Virus record (IMG/VR): IMGVR_UViG_3300009182_000084
Span: 1-52,798 of that record
Reading direction: 5' to 3' (one strand)
DNA: 52,798 nucleotides
From: a virus
Lineage: Duplodnaviria; Caudoviricetes
The translations under genes and the position numbers were made by a program. Shown piece by piece: positions 25,951-35,294 of this stretch. The notes under the pieces are model-generated. The model did not search any database. It worked only from the letters and a program-made list of their open reading frames with translations, and was not told the DNA's origin. The first letter of the stretch is position 1, and every line of letters starts with the position of its first letter.

Positions 25951-26805
25951 TTACTTGTTCCTATATGTTGCTGCTCGTCGGATTAGTGTGCTGGAATCTG
26001 GGATGTCCATTCCACTTACCATACTAGTCTTGAGATGCTGGCGTATGGTTCTCAACTTATTAATTGTTCCACGCTGCTTGCCTGCTTGCCAACGATAGTT
26101 GTGAAAATCCCCGTAACCTTGACCTGTTGGTGAAAACGCAATGCTTCTATTATTATGAATCTCGTTATACAGTGCATTTGCCTGCATTGCTGCCGCAGTC
26201 ATTTTAACCTCTGAATTACGTCTTACGGCTTCATTTGTGGCCATCTGCACATCTTGCAGGGATGCCTGATAGCGGTTGTATGTATTAGTGGCTAATGATG
26301 CATCTGAATTGGCTACACTATCCCACTCCGCGTTATTAGGAGCTTCCTGGGCTGGATTTGGAGTTACCGTCCACTCGTCGTACTTCAAATCGTATGCAGC
26401 GTATGGCTTAATAGTTTTAATATCATTTGTCGTCAACGCATAATACGTCAACTCAAATCCATTCCAGTCTTCGGTCCCGCTGTTGTGCAGCAGGTCATTC
26501 AACTCATCCGCAATCTCTCGGTCTGACAATCCAGCATACTCTGGGTTTGCTTTTCTAAACTGTATAAAATTAATACCCACTAGACAATCTAGGTCTTTTG
26601 GTTCCCTGGCGGCCTGCCATTGATAACTTACTCCTGAACCTGCCAACCAGGGATGTGTCCACAAATCTGCATGGCGGAATGACTGCCCCAACAAATCAAT
26701 CAAAATGCTCTGGATACCAGAACGCACCTGCGACTTCAATGACCTACCATCAAATAGGGTTGGGTCAAGAGTATCGGCAGGTGCGCTAAAGTATGATGTA
26801 TTCAT
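25951..26805 (-). CDS. nucleotidyltransferase (Pol beta superfamily)
   Basis: LAGSGVSYQW......DLDCLV = hGS-xn-DhD motif; TAAACT-N6-ATG leaderless start. Confidence 0.75.
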   Translation of the reverse strand: MNTSYFSAPADTLDPTLFDGRSLKSQVRSGIQSILIDLLGQSFRHADLWTHPWLAGSGVSYQWQAAREPKDLDCLVGINFIQFRKANPEYAGLSDREIADELNDLLHNSGTEDWNGFELTYYALTTNDIKTIKPYAAYDLKYDEWTVTPNPAQEAPNNAEWDSVANSDASLATNTYNRYQASLQDVQMATNEAVRRNSEVKMTAAAMQANALYNEIHNNRSIAFSPTGQGYGDFHNYRWQAGKQRGTINKLRTIRQHLKTSMVSGMDIPDSSTLIRRAATYRNK

Positions 26806-26821
26806 ACCTCTAGTTTACTGG

Positions 26822-27097
26822 CTATGCAGGTTCTTGTGGTGTAATTCCACGTTCTTTTAGTTTTTCTTTAATTGCATCAGGAACCGTTGGCTCTACTGGG
26901 TTTAGCGCATTTACAATACGGTCTACCAGCATCTGGGTTTCTAGTTCCTTAATGATGGCCTGCAGTGTAATGAAAACATCGTAACTAGATGCCTCTCGCT
27001 GAACCTCAATAACTTCACCAGTTTGCTTTAGATTTACTGCGAAGGTACCGTCTGTGTGAACAACTACGGTAAATGCTGTTTCAATTTGCTTTTCCAT
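26822..27097 (-). CDS. hypothetical protein
   Basis: 91 aa, AAGGAG SD. Confidence 0.75.
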   Translation of the reverse strand: MEKQIETAFTVVVHTDGTFAVNLKQTGEVIEVQREASSYDVFITLQAIIKELETQMLVDRIVNALNPVEPTVPDAIKEKLKERGITPQEPA

Positions 27098-27108
27098 TTA
27101 TATACTCC

Positions 27109-27663
27109 TTAATACATTCCCATGATTTTACGACGCAACTGCACAACCTGACCGTGGTACGGACAGAAATGACACGTGTAAATCTTTGGACCGTCTAGAT
27201 GTTCTGGCTTTGGCAGCCCTAGTTCGCCACGTTCCTTTGCGGTATCTGGCAACAGACGTTTTGATGGTGACTCGTAATCATCACAATTTACTGTGGGCTT
27301 GTTGTGCTTTTCCCAACACGACATAGCGTCATCAGCAAACTGCATCTTGGTTTCGTAGAATGACTTCTCTGGGTCTAGTTCATCTAGACCTCGTGAACCG
27401 CCCTGTTTAAACTGTTCAAGAATGGCCGCTTTTTGTTCTGGGTTTGCCCATGCTTTAACTGGCAGCTTAAACAACTTACCCTTGTGTGGCTCTCCCGAGT
27501 CAAACTTGTGCTTTTCTAGAGAAATCTCCAACAAATAATCGCGGTCTGTTGGCCCCTCATAGTCTGGAAGTTCTTCTAGCGTCTCGCAAACTAGGCACAT
27601 CAGCAAACGAATTACTGGGCCCTCAATAGGTTTTGACCCAATTACTGGTTTAAATTCAGTCAT
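27109..27663 (-). CDS. Cys/His-containing hypothetical protein
   Basis: 184 aa; CLVC, CWEKH, CHFC. Confidence 0.8.
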   Translation of the reverse strand: MTEFKPVIGSKPIEGPVIRLLMCLVCETLEELPDYEGPTDRDYLLEISLEKHKFDSGEPHKGKLFKLPVKAWANPEQKAAILEQFKQGGSRGLDELDPEKSFYETKMQFADDAMSCWEKHNKPTVNCDDYESPSKRLLPDTAKERGELGLPKPEHLDGPKIYTCHFCPYHGQVVQLRRKIMGMY

Positions 27664-27923
27664 TAAACTACCAGCCCGTGCTCAATCAACCAATTAAGGT
27701 TTTCGCTTATCTGCTGAGTAAACCCATGCTTTTCTAGCCATGCCTGACCATCTGGGGTCTGCAGGGCTTGCGCACGACGCTTCAACCATGCTGAACGAGT
27801 TGCTTTTAGTTCATCACTCATATTTGCAGGAAACCACTGAAGATAATAGTTACGTGATTCATCCGACAAAAGGGATGGTTGGCGAAGGTGTCCCTCTGCA
27901 TCAGTCCAGTCATTTAGTTCCAT
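27663..27923 (-). CDS. hypothetical protein
   Basis: 86 aa, AAGGAG SD. Confidence 0.7.
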   Translation of the reverse strand: MELNDWTDAEGHLRQPSLLSDESRNYYLQWFPANMSDELKATRSAWLKRRAQALQTPDGQAWLEKHGFTQQISENLNWLIEHGLVV

Positions 27924-27977
27924 GTTATTCTCCTTATTAGTTGTACGTATTAGTATACCGATATTTTAATAGGTTGT

Positions 27978-28103
27978 CTAGTTGCTTTGACTTTCCCTAC
28001 GAGCTCTCTGACCAGTAGCGTGTGCCTGCTTTGTACCATAAAAAGGTGTATTAAATACCTTGTGGTTGATTGTGCGGCCTTGATTACTTTTTAATCCTGT
28101 CAT
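27978..28103 (-). CDS. 41-aa microprotein
   Basis: Hand translation MTGLKSNQGRTINHKVF... Confidence 0.5.
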   Translation of the reverse strand: MTGLKSNQGRTINHKVFNTPFYGTKQAHATGQRARRESQSN

Positions 28104-28105
28104 TT

Positions 28106-28318
28106 TTACTTCCCTGGATTTACCATAGATTCGGCAGGCGCTTCAGATGTGGCAAAACCGTAACCGTAGAATGGGTGCAATGTCTGCTTGTTGTCCATGA
28201 TACGCTCGTTGTCTTCACTGCCTACAACCTGCGTGTTTGGGCGTACCTTGCGGTACTTGCCGTCAGTTGCGCCTTCGTGAAGGCTTCCGTTCATCGAACG
28301 ACTTGTATTAACTGCCAT
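28106..28318 (-). CDS. hypothetical protein
   Basis: 70 aa, AAGGA SD. Confidence 0.7.
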   Translation of the reverse strand: MAVNTSRSMNGSLHEGATDGKYRKVRPNTQVVGSEDNERIMDNKQTLHPFYGYGFATSEAPAESMVNPGK

Positions 28319-28352
28319 TGTTTCTTCCTTTGTTAACTCTTAGTTTATTGTA

Positions 28353-28544
28353 CTAGACCATGCGATTAACGACACGGTTAGCCATCTTTTTTTCGTGACA
28401 TGTTGGGCACAACAATTGATTCATAACTTGAATAGGATTCATCATAATTCCACATGTAGGGCATGGTCGTGAACCATTCATAATTCCGTCTACTACAGCC
28501 TTGGCTTGTAGGTCCATGGTGTAGCCACCGTCATCAGTATCCAT
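28353..28544 (-). CDS. zinc-finger microprotein
   Basis: CPTC...CPTC. Confidence 0.7.
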   Translation of the reverse strand: MDTDDGGYTMDLQAKAVVDGIMNGSRPCPTCGIMMNPIQVMNQLLCPTCHEKKMANRVVNRMV

Positions 28545-31321
28545 TATTCGCCCCTAAATGCTGCGAGGTTCTTGGCTGCACGGCTATTTGACCCACTAAG
28601 GGTTGGTGGCGGTGCAGTAGGCGTGCTTACAGTTTTCACATTTTTAGGCAATACAGTAGGTACAGATTGAGATTCTGGTCTCTCATTTACGTATTCTTCT
28701 AGATAACGGTGTGGGTCAGTGTAGGCCGTACTTGATGCGTAGTCTTTAGAGTGAGCAGCGTGCTTCTTAAGAAGAGTTGTATATGCTTTTTCATCTTTAG
28801 GATTACCGCTAGTTTCTGATAGCTTTCTTGCAGCAGCTAGCTGGCCAACAGTAGCTGGTGCAGGATTCCAGCTTAGCCAGTCTTTTCTAGCGGCTGCGTG
28901 CGCCACTTCAAATGCATCAAATAGAGGCTTTTGTTTTGCACTGGGGGTCTTTACTGAGCTGTAATCTTTAAGAGTTAGTGGGCCACTAAATTCTTTTTCT
29001 TTTTTAGTTCTCGTAGTAGAACCTACGGATGGCTCTTCTGTAGCCTTTGCAGCCGCAGCTTTTGCACGTGCTTCAATAATCTCTGGGTGGTCCTTAATCC
29101 ATTGAGCATTAAACGCCTCCGTGGATTTACGTGCACGTTGAGCTGAAGGAGAATCCATCTCTGTTCCATGAGTAATGCCCTTGGCTTCCTCTGCTCTACG
29201 AAGTCTGGATGGGTTTGCAGAAACTGTACGGGTAAACTTTTCTCCAGTTTTTGGATTTGTAGCCTCTACTTCTCTAGGGCTGGCGCTTTGACCATTAACA
29301 GTTACTTCACCTTTGTAACCCAAAGTTGTTTGTCCTGCGTCAAGTCCTTTGCGCTGGCGGTATGCCCTGATACTTCTAAGAGTTCCGAGTTCCGCTACCT
29401 TTTTTTCCTTTTCTGCTTCTGCGGCTTGCTTCAGTTCCTCTGGAGTGCGTGGACGTGTACGTTCAGCTTCTTGAGCTGCTCTGTTTGTTTTCTCACGCTC
29501 AGTAATTCTTTGCAAAAGTTCTTCAGGAGAATCAGCAAAACCAACAATGACGCCCTTTTTATTGCCCTGCTTGTACTTAACTTTAATTGGGGCTTCGGCA
29601 ACTTCGGGCGTTCTAACTTGCCTAAAATCATTTACTGTAAAATCTGGAACACGACCAGCTTTGTGCCATTCTTGAATCTGTTTGCTAGTTGCAATGTTAA
29701 AAGCAGCGGTTCGTAGAGGTCCAAGTTCCTCTCCCCTAAAGTTAACCTTGTTTCTAGGAATCTTAATGCCTGCTTGCTGCATGCTTTCGATTTCTTTTTG
29801 GTGCTTTTTTGCAATTGCTTCGGATTTAGAACCGACAAGCAATGACCTGTTATCAAAATTGTTTGCGTGCTGCCAGTCCATGATTTTTTCAGCCATTTCT
29901 GGGTTGGCATACTCGCTCAAATCAGATTTTTTGTACCTATTAACAGCCATAAGGGCTGCTTGACCATAACGAACACCGTGGTAATCGTTTTTAAATCCGT
30001 GTCTGTAAACTTCTTTTCCAGGATAAGCTGCCTCTACACCTTCAAATCCTGGGATGTCTGTTCGAACATTCTTTGCTGGCCTGTCCTCACTAAACATTTC
30101 TGCAGGAATGGGGTTACCCAGTACGGTACGACTAACGTCTTCTAGTTTACCTGCCAAAGTTCCGATATGTTTAGCTGCAAGAAGAGCGTGCTCTACACCT
30201 GTTTGTGCGCCATTAACATCATCATCAACAGTCACGTACTCTTCTTTTGGAGCACGAGCTGTAAAGTCAGCAGGTGAACCACCACCTTCACCTACAGATT
30301 CAAGCTGAGCTGGTGTGTAGTTCTGACTCTGTACTGGACGACCAAATGCATTTAGGTCTTTGGCCTTAACTCTAGGGCTAATAACTCCTTCACCACGTCC
30401 GTGAGCAAGGTTAGCGTTTCCTAGATGGTTCCACATTTCATTTGCTAAACCAGATAGGTGCTCCAAATCTTCGTGGTAAGCTCCAGGAGCAGTTCTTTGA
30501 ATAGCGTCTCTAACTTGTCCAAGTCTGTGATTTAGACTTGATGCAATGAGGTGAAGGTCTCCAAGACCAGGGCCCATGTCATTGGCCGCCTTACGGTCAC
30601 TAGAAGTTATTTCTTCTAGAGCACCTGGACGAGCAGCTTTAGGCATGCGGAAAGTCTCATCTCCACCGCCAGATTCCCTAACTTCTTTAGCTACAGCAGC
30701 TTCGGAAGGAGTTGAAGTAGGGCCACCAGAATCAAGATTCTGGTCACTCTTTATAATATCTTCTCTTTCTGCTTTTAGCATTTTTTTAATAGCGTCTGAG
30801 TAGGCTTCGCTTGCTTGTTTTCTATTGGTATTTACTGCGGGGGCTTTAGCAGCCGAACCAACATTTTGACGTGATACTGTGAAATCACCATTTGGGCCCT
30901 CTGTAGTTGACCCAATAACTGATGCAAGAGTGTCATTAATTTTTGCAATCTTTAACGCATCTTCAGCATTTCTTACTTTTTTACTTCTAGAACGAGGTGG
31001 CTCTACAAGACCTACCTTACGTCGTGCAGCCTTTACCTCATCTGTGGTAGCACCTTTTCTAGGTACGACTCCAGGTACAAGAACACCCGTGTCTTTTAAT
31101 GTCGCTTTTGCTGCGGATTTTGCTACGGTTTTATCTCCAACAGCTTCTGCTTGGTCTTTAGACAGACCTGAATTCTTACGTTTTGCATTTGTTTTACGGG
31201 TTTGTTCAGCCGCCTCTTCAACGCTAGGTTTGCCTGCATTGGCACGACGGCGCGCTTCCTCTAGGTCAACATTAATATCTGCGCCCGAACCACCCGTAGC
31301 ATTTAGGTTTTTCTTAGCCAT
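28544..31321 (-). CDS. large Ala/Lys/Glu-rich, largely disordered hypothetical protein
   Basis: 925 aa, no Cys, no recognisable domain. Confidence 0.85.
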   Translation of the reverse strand: MAKKNLNATGGSGADINVDLEEARRRANAGKPSVEEAAEQTRKTNAKRKNSGLSKDQAEAVGDKTVAKSAAKATLKDTGVLVPGVVPRKGATTDEVKAARRKVGLVEPPRSRSKKVRNAEDALKIAKINDTLASVIGSTTEGPNGDFTVSRQNVGSAAKAPAVNTNRKQASEAYSDAIKKMLKAEREDIIKSDQNLDSGGPTSTPSEAAVAKEVRESGGGDETFRMPKAARPGALEEITSSDRKAANDMGPGLGDLHLIASSLNHRLGQVRDAIQRTAPGAYHEDLEHLSGLANEMWNHLGNANLAHGRGEGVISPRVKAKDLNAFGRPVQSQNYTPAQLESVGEGGGSPADFTARAPKEEYVTVDDDVNGAQTGVEHALLAAKHIGTLAGKLEDVSRTVLGNPIPAEMFSEDRPAKNVRTDIPGFEGVEAAYPGKEVYRHGFKNDYHGVRYGQAALMAVNRYKKSDLSEYANPEMAEKIMDWQHANNFDNRSLLVGSKSEAIAKKHQKEIESMQQAGIKIPRNKVNFRGEELGPLRTAAFNIATSKQIQEWHKAGRVPDFTVNDFRQVRTPEVAEAPIKVKYKQGNKKGVIVGFADSPEELLQRITEREKTNRAAQEAERTRPRTPEELKQAAEAEKEKKVAELGTLRSIRAYRQRKGLDAGQTTLGYKGEVTVNGQSASPREVEATNPKTGEKFTRTVSANPSRLRRAEEAKGITHGTEMDSPSAQRARKSTEAFNAQWIKDHPEIIEARAKAAAAKATEEPSVGSTTRTKKEKEFSGPLTLKDYSSVKTPSAKQKPLFDAFEVAHAAARKDWLSWNPAPATVGQLAAARKLSETSGNPKDEKAYTTLLKKHAAHSKDYASSTAYTDPHRYLEEYVNERPESQSVPTVLPKNVKTVSTPTAPPPTLSGSNSRAAKNLAAFRGE

Positions 31322-31323
31322 TA

Positions 31324-31830
31324 TTAACCTTTATTTCTCTTTAGTGCGATTGGCTTTGGTGGAGCAGGAGTTGGAATAGGCTTTCCAGCAGTCTTAGTAA
31401 CAGGATTTTGGGTTGTCTTTTTAGCAGTTGTTGCTTTTTTTGTTGTCGGTGGTTTTGGAGAAGCGCCTGTGACGTAATGAGCATCTCCACGTTGGCGTGA
31501 ACGACGTGGAGTTCCTGCAGGTTGACCCTTTGCACCACGAGCAGACGCAGTTGAGTAACCTACTCCAGCACCTGTTGGTTTAGTTTCCTTAGCAGCAGGC
31601 TTAGCTTTGGTTGTTGAGTCTGGCTCTGATTTCTTTGTTTTAGCGCCCTTTTCCATGGCAGACAAAAGCCCTTTAAGGGTTTGTGCCTGTCTCTTGTTAA
31701 ATGTAGCTAGAGCCATTCCAGTAAGAGGCTTTCCATTACTATCTTTGGGTACAAAGTTTTTAGCGTTACGTGGCTTATATGTATTAACGTCAATGTCTTT
31801 AGACTTTAGTGGTTTTTTTTCTGCGGCCAT
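31324..31830 (-). CDS. highly basic histone-H1-like low-complexity protein
   Basis: 168 aa; Lys/Thr/Ala/Pro-rich (TTKKATTAKKTT). Confidence 0.7.
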   Translation of the reverse strand: MAAEKKPLKSKDIDVNTYKPRNAKNFVPKDSNGKPLTGMALATFNKRQAQTLKGLLSAMEKGAKTKKSEPDSTTKAKPAAKETKPTGAGVGYSTASARGAKGQPAGTPRRSRQRGDAHYVTGASPKPPTTKKATTAKKTTQNPVTKTAGKPIPTPAPPKPIALKRNKG

Positions 31831-31832
31831 GT

Positions 31833-33593
31833 TTACTCTCCTGCCTGGCTTGGTGCATCAATGGTGGTTGGTTTCCAATAGTGTGTTCTACTCAATTTTA
31901 CCTGTTGTCCACTATTTGGGTCAATATCCCCAGCTACATATGGGACATTTTTCTGTGGGTGGACGTGCTGTCCCTTACTATCTTTAAATGCTTGTTGAGA
32001 TGATGGAAGTTGCCTAACGTCCACTGCCCTCATACGAATTGCAGCTGAGTTACTTGCGTCTGAAAAAGAACGGACAGTTGGAGTAAGAGTAATCGCAGGT
32101 GTTCCTGTACGGCTACTTCTCTGTGGGCCTGCGGTAGCAAGGGCTTCTGCAATTTTGTGCCCCATGACATCGGCCATTCGAGGGTTTGTCCTCTTTAGAA
32201 TTTCGTGGTTTTCATGACTAATTTTCATTTGCTTGGCTACGCCTGCAACACGGTCATTTGTAAGAAATATATGCCCTGGCATAGATTTTTCTTCAGTCAG
32301 TGGGTCAATGTCAACATCGTCTATAGAAACTTGTTTAGGCATACTTTCTGCAACAAGTTCATTTGCACGTCTACTGGCAGCTTCAAGCTCAGTTCTATCT
32401 ACTGGATGTACCATACCTTCTGGTAATTCAGCTTGAACTTTATTATGAATAGTTATTAGGTGTCCAAGGTATCTAGAAACTTGTTTAGCAGTATCTGCGG
32501 TAGGATTTGCTACGCTAAATGTCGGCTGGCTTAGTGAGCGGTAATCAGGAATTTGATTACCTTCTTTATCTACTCCACGAGGAATCGCTACGTCAAGTCG
32601 CTCTTGTCTTGTCTGACCAAATTGTCTAGCAGCAATTTTTCCGCTAACTCCTGCATCAACCAAAACGTCTTGTGCGCCACGTGCTGACACACTTGGCTTT
32701 TCCCAAAGATTTGTTTTCATAATATTTGGAGCGTCTGGTGCAGATAGTGTTCCTGCCCAATCTCTAAGGTCTTTGGCATATGGATGTGTAGGGTCTTTTT
32801 GCTCAATTTTATCCGCAACTTCATGGGCCGCTGCTATTTGAGCGCTTATGTGTCCAGAGGGGTCATTGATAAAAGAGTTAAGGGCTTTGTGGGCCTTATC
32901 TGCAATGCCCATAATAGCGGAAAGACCTGCTGACCGCATAGGGTGCGAATCAGCCGCAGCCAACCTGGTTTCTTTAGGAACTCTAGTTGCACCAAATGCA
33001 AACCTGTGTGCGTTCTTTTCCCAAACTTTATCTCCAGCTTTGCGGCGATTTTTAGCAGCAGTTTCTTCTTTACGAGCTGCACGAGCTTCTGCTTTTAGTT
33101 CTTCTGGGGTCTTTACAGAAGTGTTTGATTGAGGAATGCCGTCCATGGAGCCTCGGGAGTTGTTGCGGTCTTCCGTCGCCATACGCTGTGCGACGTCTCG
33201 CTCAACCTGTGCAGCAGCGGCTGTTCCTGCACGCTGGGAAGTTGATGTGGCGATTACTCGGTTATAGCGTTCAATTTCATGTTGGTGCCACCCGTAAAAA
33301 CGACCCCGACCAGTTTCTGCGGTTGCATTGTTTTCTTTAGTTGATTTTTTACTGGTAGATTTAGTAGCTGACTCTGCTGTCCCTGTTTTTCTGGCAGCTT
33401 CTTGGGCTTGGGCGGATATTAGAATGCCGTTTGCATCTACAAGGTTCTCAGTTGAAGGACTTGTTGTTGCTGGCTTAGATGTCTTCTTGACTTCGGTCGT
33501 AGATTCTTCTGGGGTAGGCTCGGGCTCTGCTCCGCCTACTCTTGTTAGAGCAACGGGGTTGTACTCAAAATACTTTTTAATTTTACGGGCCAT
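31833..33593 (-). CDS. large low-complexity hypothetical protein
   Basis: 586 aa, no Cys, TAATG coupling. Confidence 0.85.
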   Translation of the reverse strand: MARKIKKYFEYNPVALTRVGGAEPEPTPEESTTEVKKTSKPATTSPSTENLVDANGILISAQAQEAARKTGTAESATKSTSKKSTKENNATAETGRGRFYGWHQHEIERYNRVIATSTSQRAGTAAAAQVERDVAQRMATEDRNNSRGSMDGIPQSNTSVKTPEELKAEARAARKEETAAKNRRKAGDKVWEKNAHRFAFGATRVPKETRLAAADSHPMRSAGLSAIMGIADKAHKALNSFINDPSGHISAQIAAAHEVADKIEQKDPTHPYAKDLRDWAGTLSAPDAPNIMKTNLWEKPSVSARGAQDVLVDAGVSGKIAARQFGQTRQERLDVAIPRGVDKEGNQIPDYRSLSQPTFSVANPTADTAKQVSRYLGHLITIHNKVQAELPEGMVHPVDRTELEAASRRANELVAESMPKQVSIDDVDIDPLTEEKSMPGHIFLTNDRVAGVAKQMKISHENHEILKRTNPRMADVMGHKIAEALATAGPQRSSRTGTPAITLTPTVRSFSDASNSAAIRMRAVDVRQLPSSQQAFKDSKGQHVHPQKNVPYVAGDIDPNSGQQVKLSRTHYWKPTTIDAPSQAGE

Positions 33594-33961
33594 TAGTTAG
33601 CTCCTAAGTCATTTCTACTACTACCACTATACCCTGCTGGACCGCCTGAAAACCAGGAAACTCGGGGTTCTGTGTAATTTCTATCGATACTTACTACATC
33701 ATCAATTTCTGGTTGACGTCTCAATCCGTATCCCATTCGTGGTGGGAACAATTGAATTTGTGGAAGGTTTGGGCGTACCATCTGTTGAACCTGTGCCCCA
33801 GTAAGAGTGGCAACTACAAGTGCCTGCTGCGTTAAGCGCTCCTCATTAGATGACCAAGGACCGTTGTAAGTCCACTTAGGCCACCCCTGCTGGTCTGTAA
33901 TACCATTGCGCCAAGGTTTTGTATAATCGTAATTACCATCAAACTGGGACATTATGACCAC
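33593..33961 (-). CDS. hypothetical protein
   Basis: ORF; start probably MSQFD at 33952 by TAATG coupling. Confidence 0.75.
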   Translation of the reverse strand: MVIMSQFDGNYDYTKPWRNGITDQQGWPKWTYNGPWSSNEERLTQQALVVATLTGAQVQQMVRPNLPQIQLFPPRMGYGLRRQPEIDDVVSIDRNYTEPRVSWFSGGPAGYSGSSRNDLGAN

Positions 33962-34485
33962 ACAGGCTTTAAATAGTTAAGTTGGTTAGCTCGTTGTACG
34001 TTAATACTTCCAGGGGAATCTGAAACAAGGTTTGACTTACCATCATTAACTAGATGAGGGGCTGGAACAAAACGTGTGTCTTGGCCTGCACGTGGAATCA
34101 TCCATACAACTGCACCATTAACGTTAACTTGTTTGGCTTTCATCTGACGCTTAATACTTGTTTCATTACTAAAATCTGGTGTCCAGTAATAGGCGTTGGG
34201 CTCAATGCGTTCGCCCTTGTGAACACCACGCTGATATGATTTTTGATTAACACGATTTTTAATTGAATCAAGAAGTCGGTCATCACGACGTGAACGAATA
34301 GTTCCTAGATAACCATCAGGGTATTCTGCAGAAGGTACTCGTCCAGTACCGATTCGCATAGCATCAAGGTCTCCGCGAGCAACTGGGCCTCCATAGCCAC
34401 CTTGGTTGTTATAGCCATTAAGACCATTACCACCAATTGACTGCCAGTTTTGCTGCGGGCTGAAGTTATTGACTGACCCAGCCAT
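33952..34485 (-). CDS. hypothetical protein
   Basis: 177 aa; EYPDGYLG and YQRGVHKGERI look like conserved motifs. Confidence 0.8.
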   Translation of the reverse strand: MAGSVNNFSPQQNWQSIGGNGLNGYNNQGGYGGPVARGDLDAMRIGTGRVPSAEYPDGYLGTIRSRRDDRLLDSIKNRVNQKSYQRGVHKGERIEPNAYYWTPDFSNETSIKRQMKAKQVNVNGAVVWMIPRAGQDTRFVPAPHLVNDGKSNLVSDSPGSINVQRANQLNYLKPVWS

Positions 34486-34808
34486 TAGTCACCACTCATT
34501 GAGCTTAAAGAATGAGGCATTTCAACTGTAGCTTTGTCCCCAAATTGAAGAATACTTCCAACGTTCATAGCCCCAGCACCAGCAATTCGTCCTCCGCCAT
34601 TCATTGATTTAGAATGCCAAACTGTTGGCAGAGAGGTATTTGTGCCTTCAGTTAGCACATTAGGACCCTCAGTAACAGATTGGTGCCCTGCAATAGAGCT
34701 TTTAATTAAATCGTCAGAATTTTGAATACCGTACCGTGCAGCGACTTCACCAGCAGGTGATGCTGGTGCTTGCGGTGTAGGTTGCGGAAGTGAAGGAAAA
34801 CCTGCCAT
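34485..34808 (-). CDS. hypothetical protein
   Basis: 107 aa, coupled. Confidence 0.7.
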   Translation of the reverse strand: MAGFPSLPQPTPQAPASPAGEVAARYGIQNSDDLIKSSIAGHQSVTEGPNVLTEGTNTSLPTVWHSKSMNGGGRIAGAGAMNVGSILQFGDKATVEMPHSLSSMSGD

Positions 34809-34820
34809 TGCACTACCTAC

Positions 34821-35261
34821 TTAAATATTTTGGACGGACTGAATGCCTGATTCAAAGTTAGGGTTGGCACGACCAGCAACCGATGGAATAATGCGAGCAT
34901 TAGCCATAGTTGGTCCAGCTGCAGGGTCAATCTGAACAAATGTAGACTTAGGAGCTACACGGTAAGTTGCACCGATAACTTCCTGGTTTACACGGTTCTG
35001 CTTTGAGCCAGGGTTGGTTGGGTCACCAGCCTGAACATTGTGACGTGGTTCCATTGTGCCACGTAGAGCAGGCATAGGAGTGGTTGCATAAGCATCCATA
35101 CCCATTGCAATGCGGTGACTGCCCGAGTTGCTTGCGTCTTCATATGCCTCGTCTGAGGTTTGGTGCATACGTGCCATTGAATTACCTGCCGATTCTAGAT
35201 GATTTGAGGGTGCTCCAGTACGACGTCTCATACCGTGTCCCATTGATGTCCAATTTGCCAT
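34821..35261 (-). CDS. hypothetical protein
   Basis: 146 aa, AAAGGAG SD. Confidence 0.75.
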   Translation of the reverse strand: MANWTSMGHGMRRRTGAPSNHLESAGNSMARMHQTSDEAYEDASNSGSHRIAMGMDAYATTPMPALRGTMEPRHNVQAGDPTNPGSKQNRVNQEVIGATYRVAPKSTFVQIDPAAGPTMANARIIPSVAGRANPNFESGIQSVQNI

Positions 35262-35294
35262 TGGAAACTCCTTTATACATGTATTGAGTAGCGT

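Noticed and set aside
29168-31379. Plus-strand ORFs of 166-182 aa
   Set aside because: Antisense to the 925-aa gene, no SD, composition typical of shadow frames
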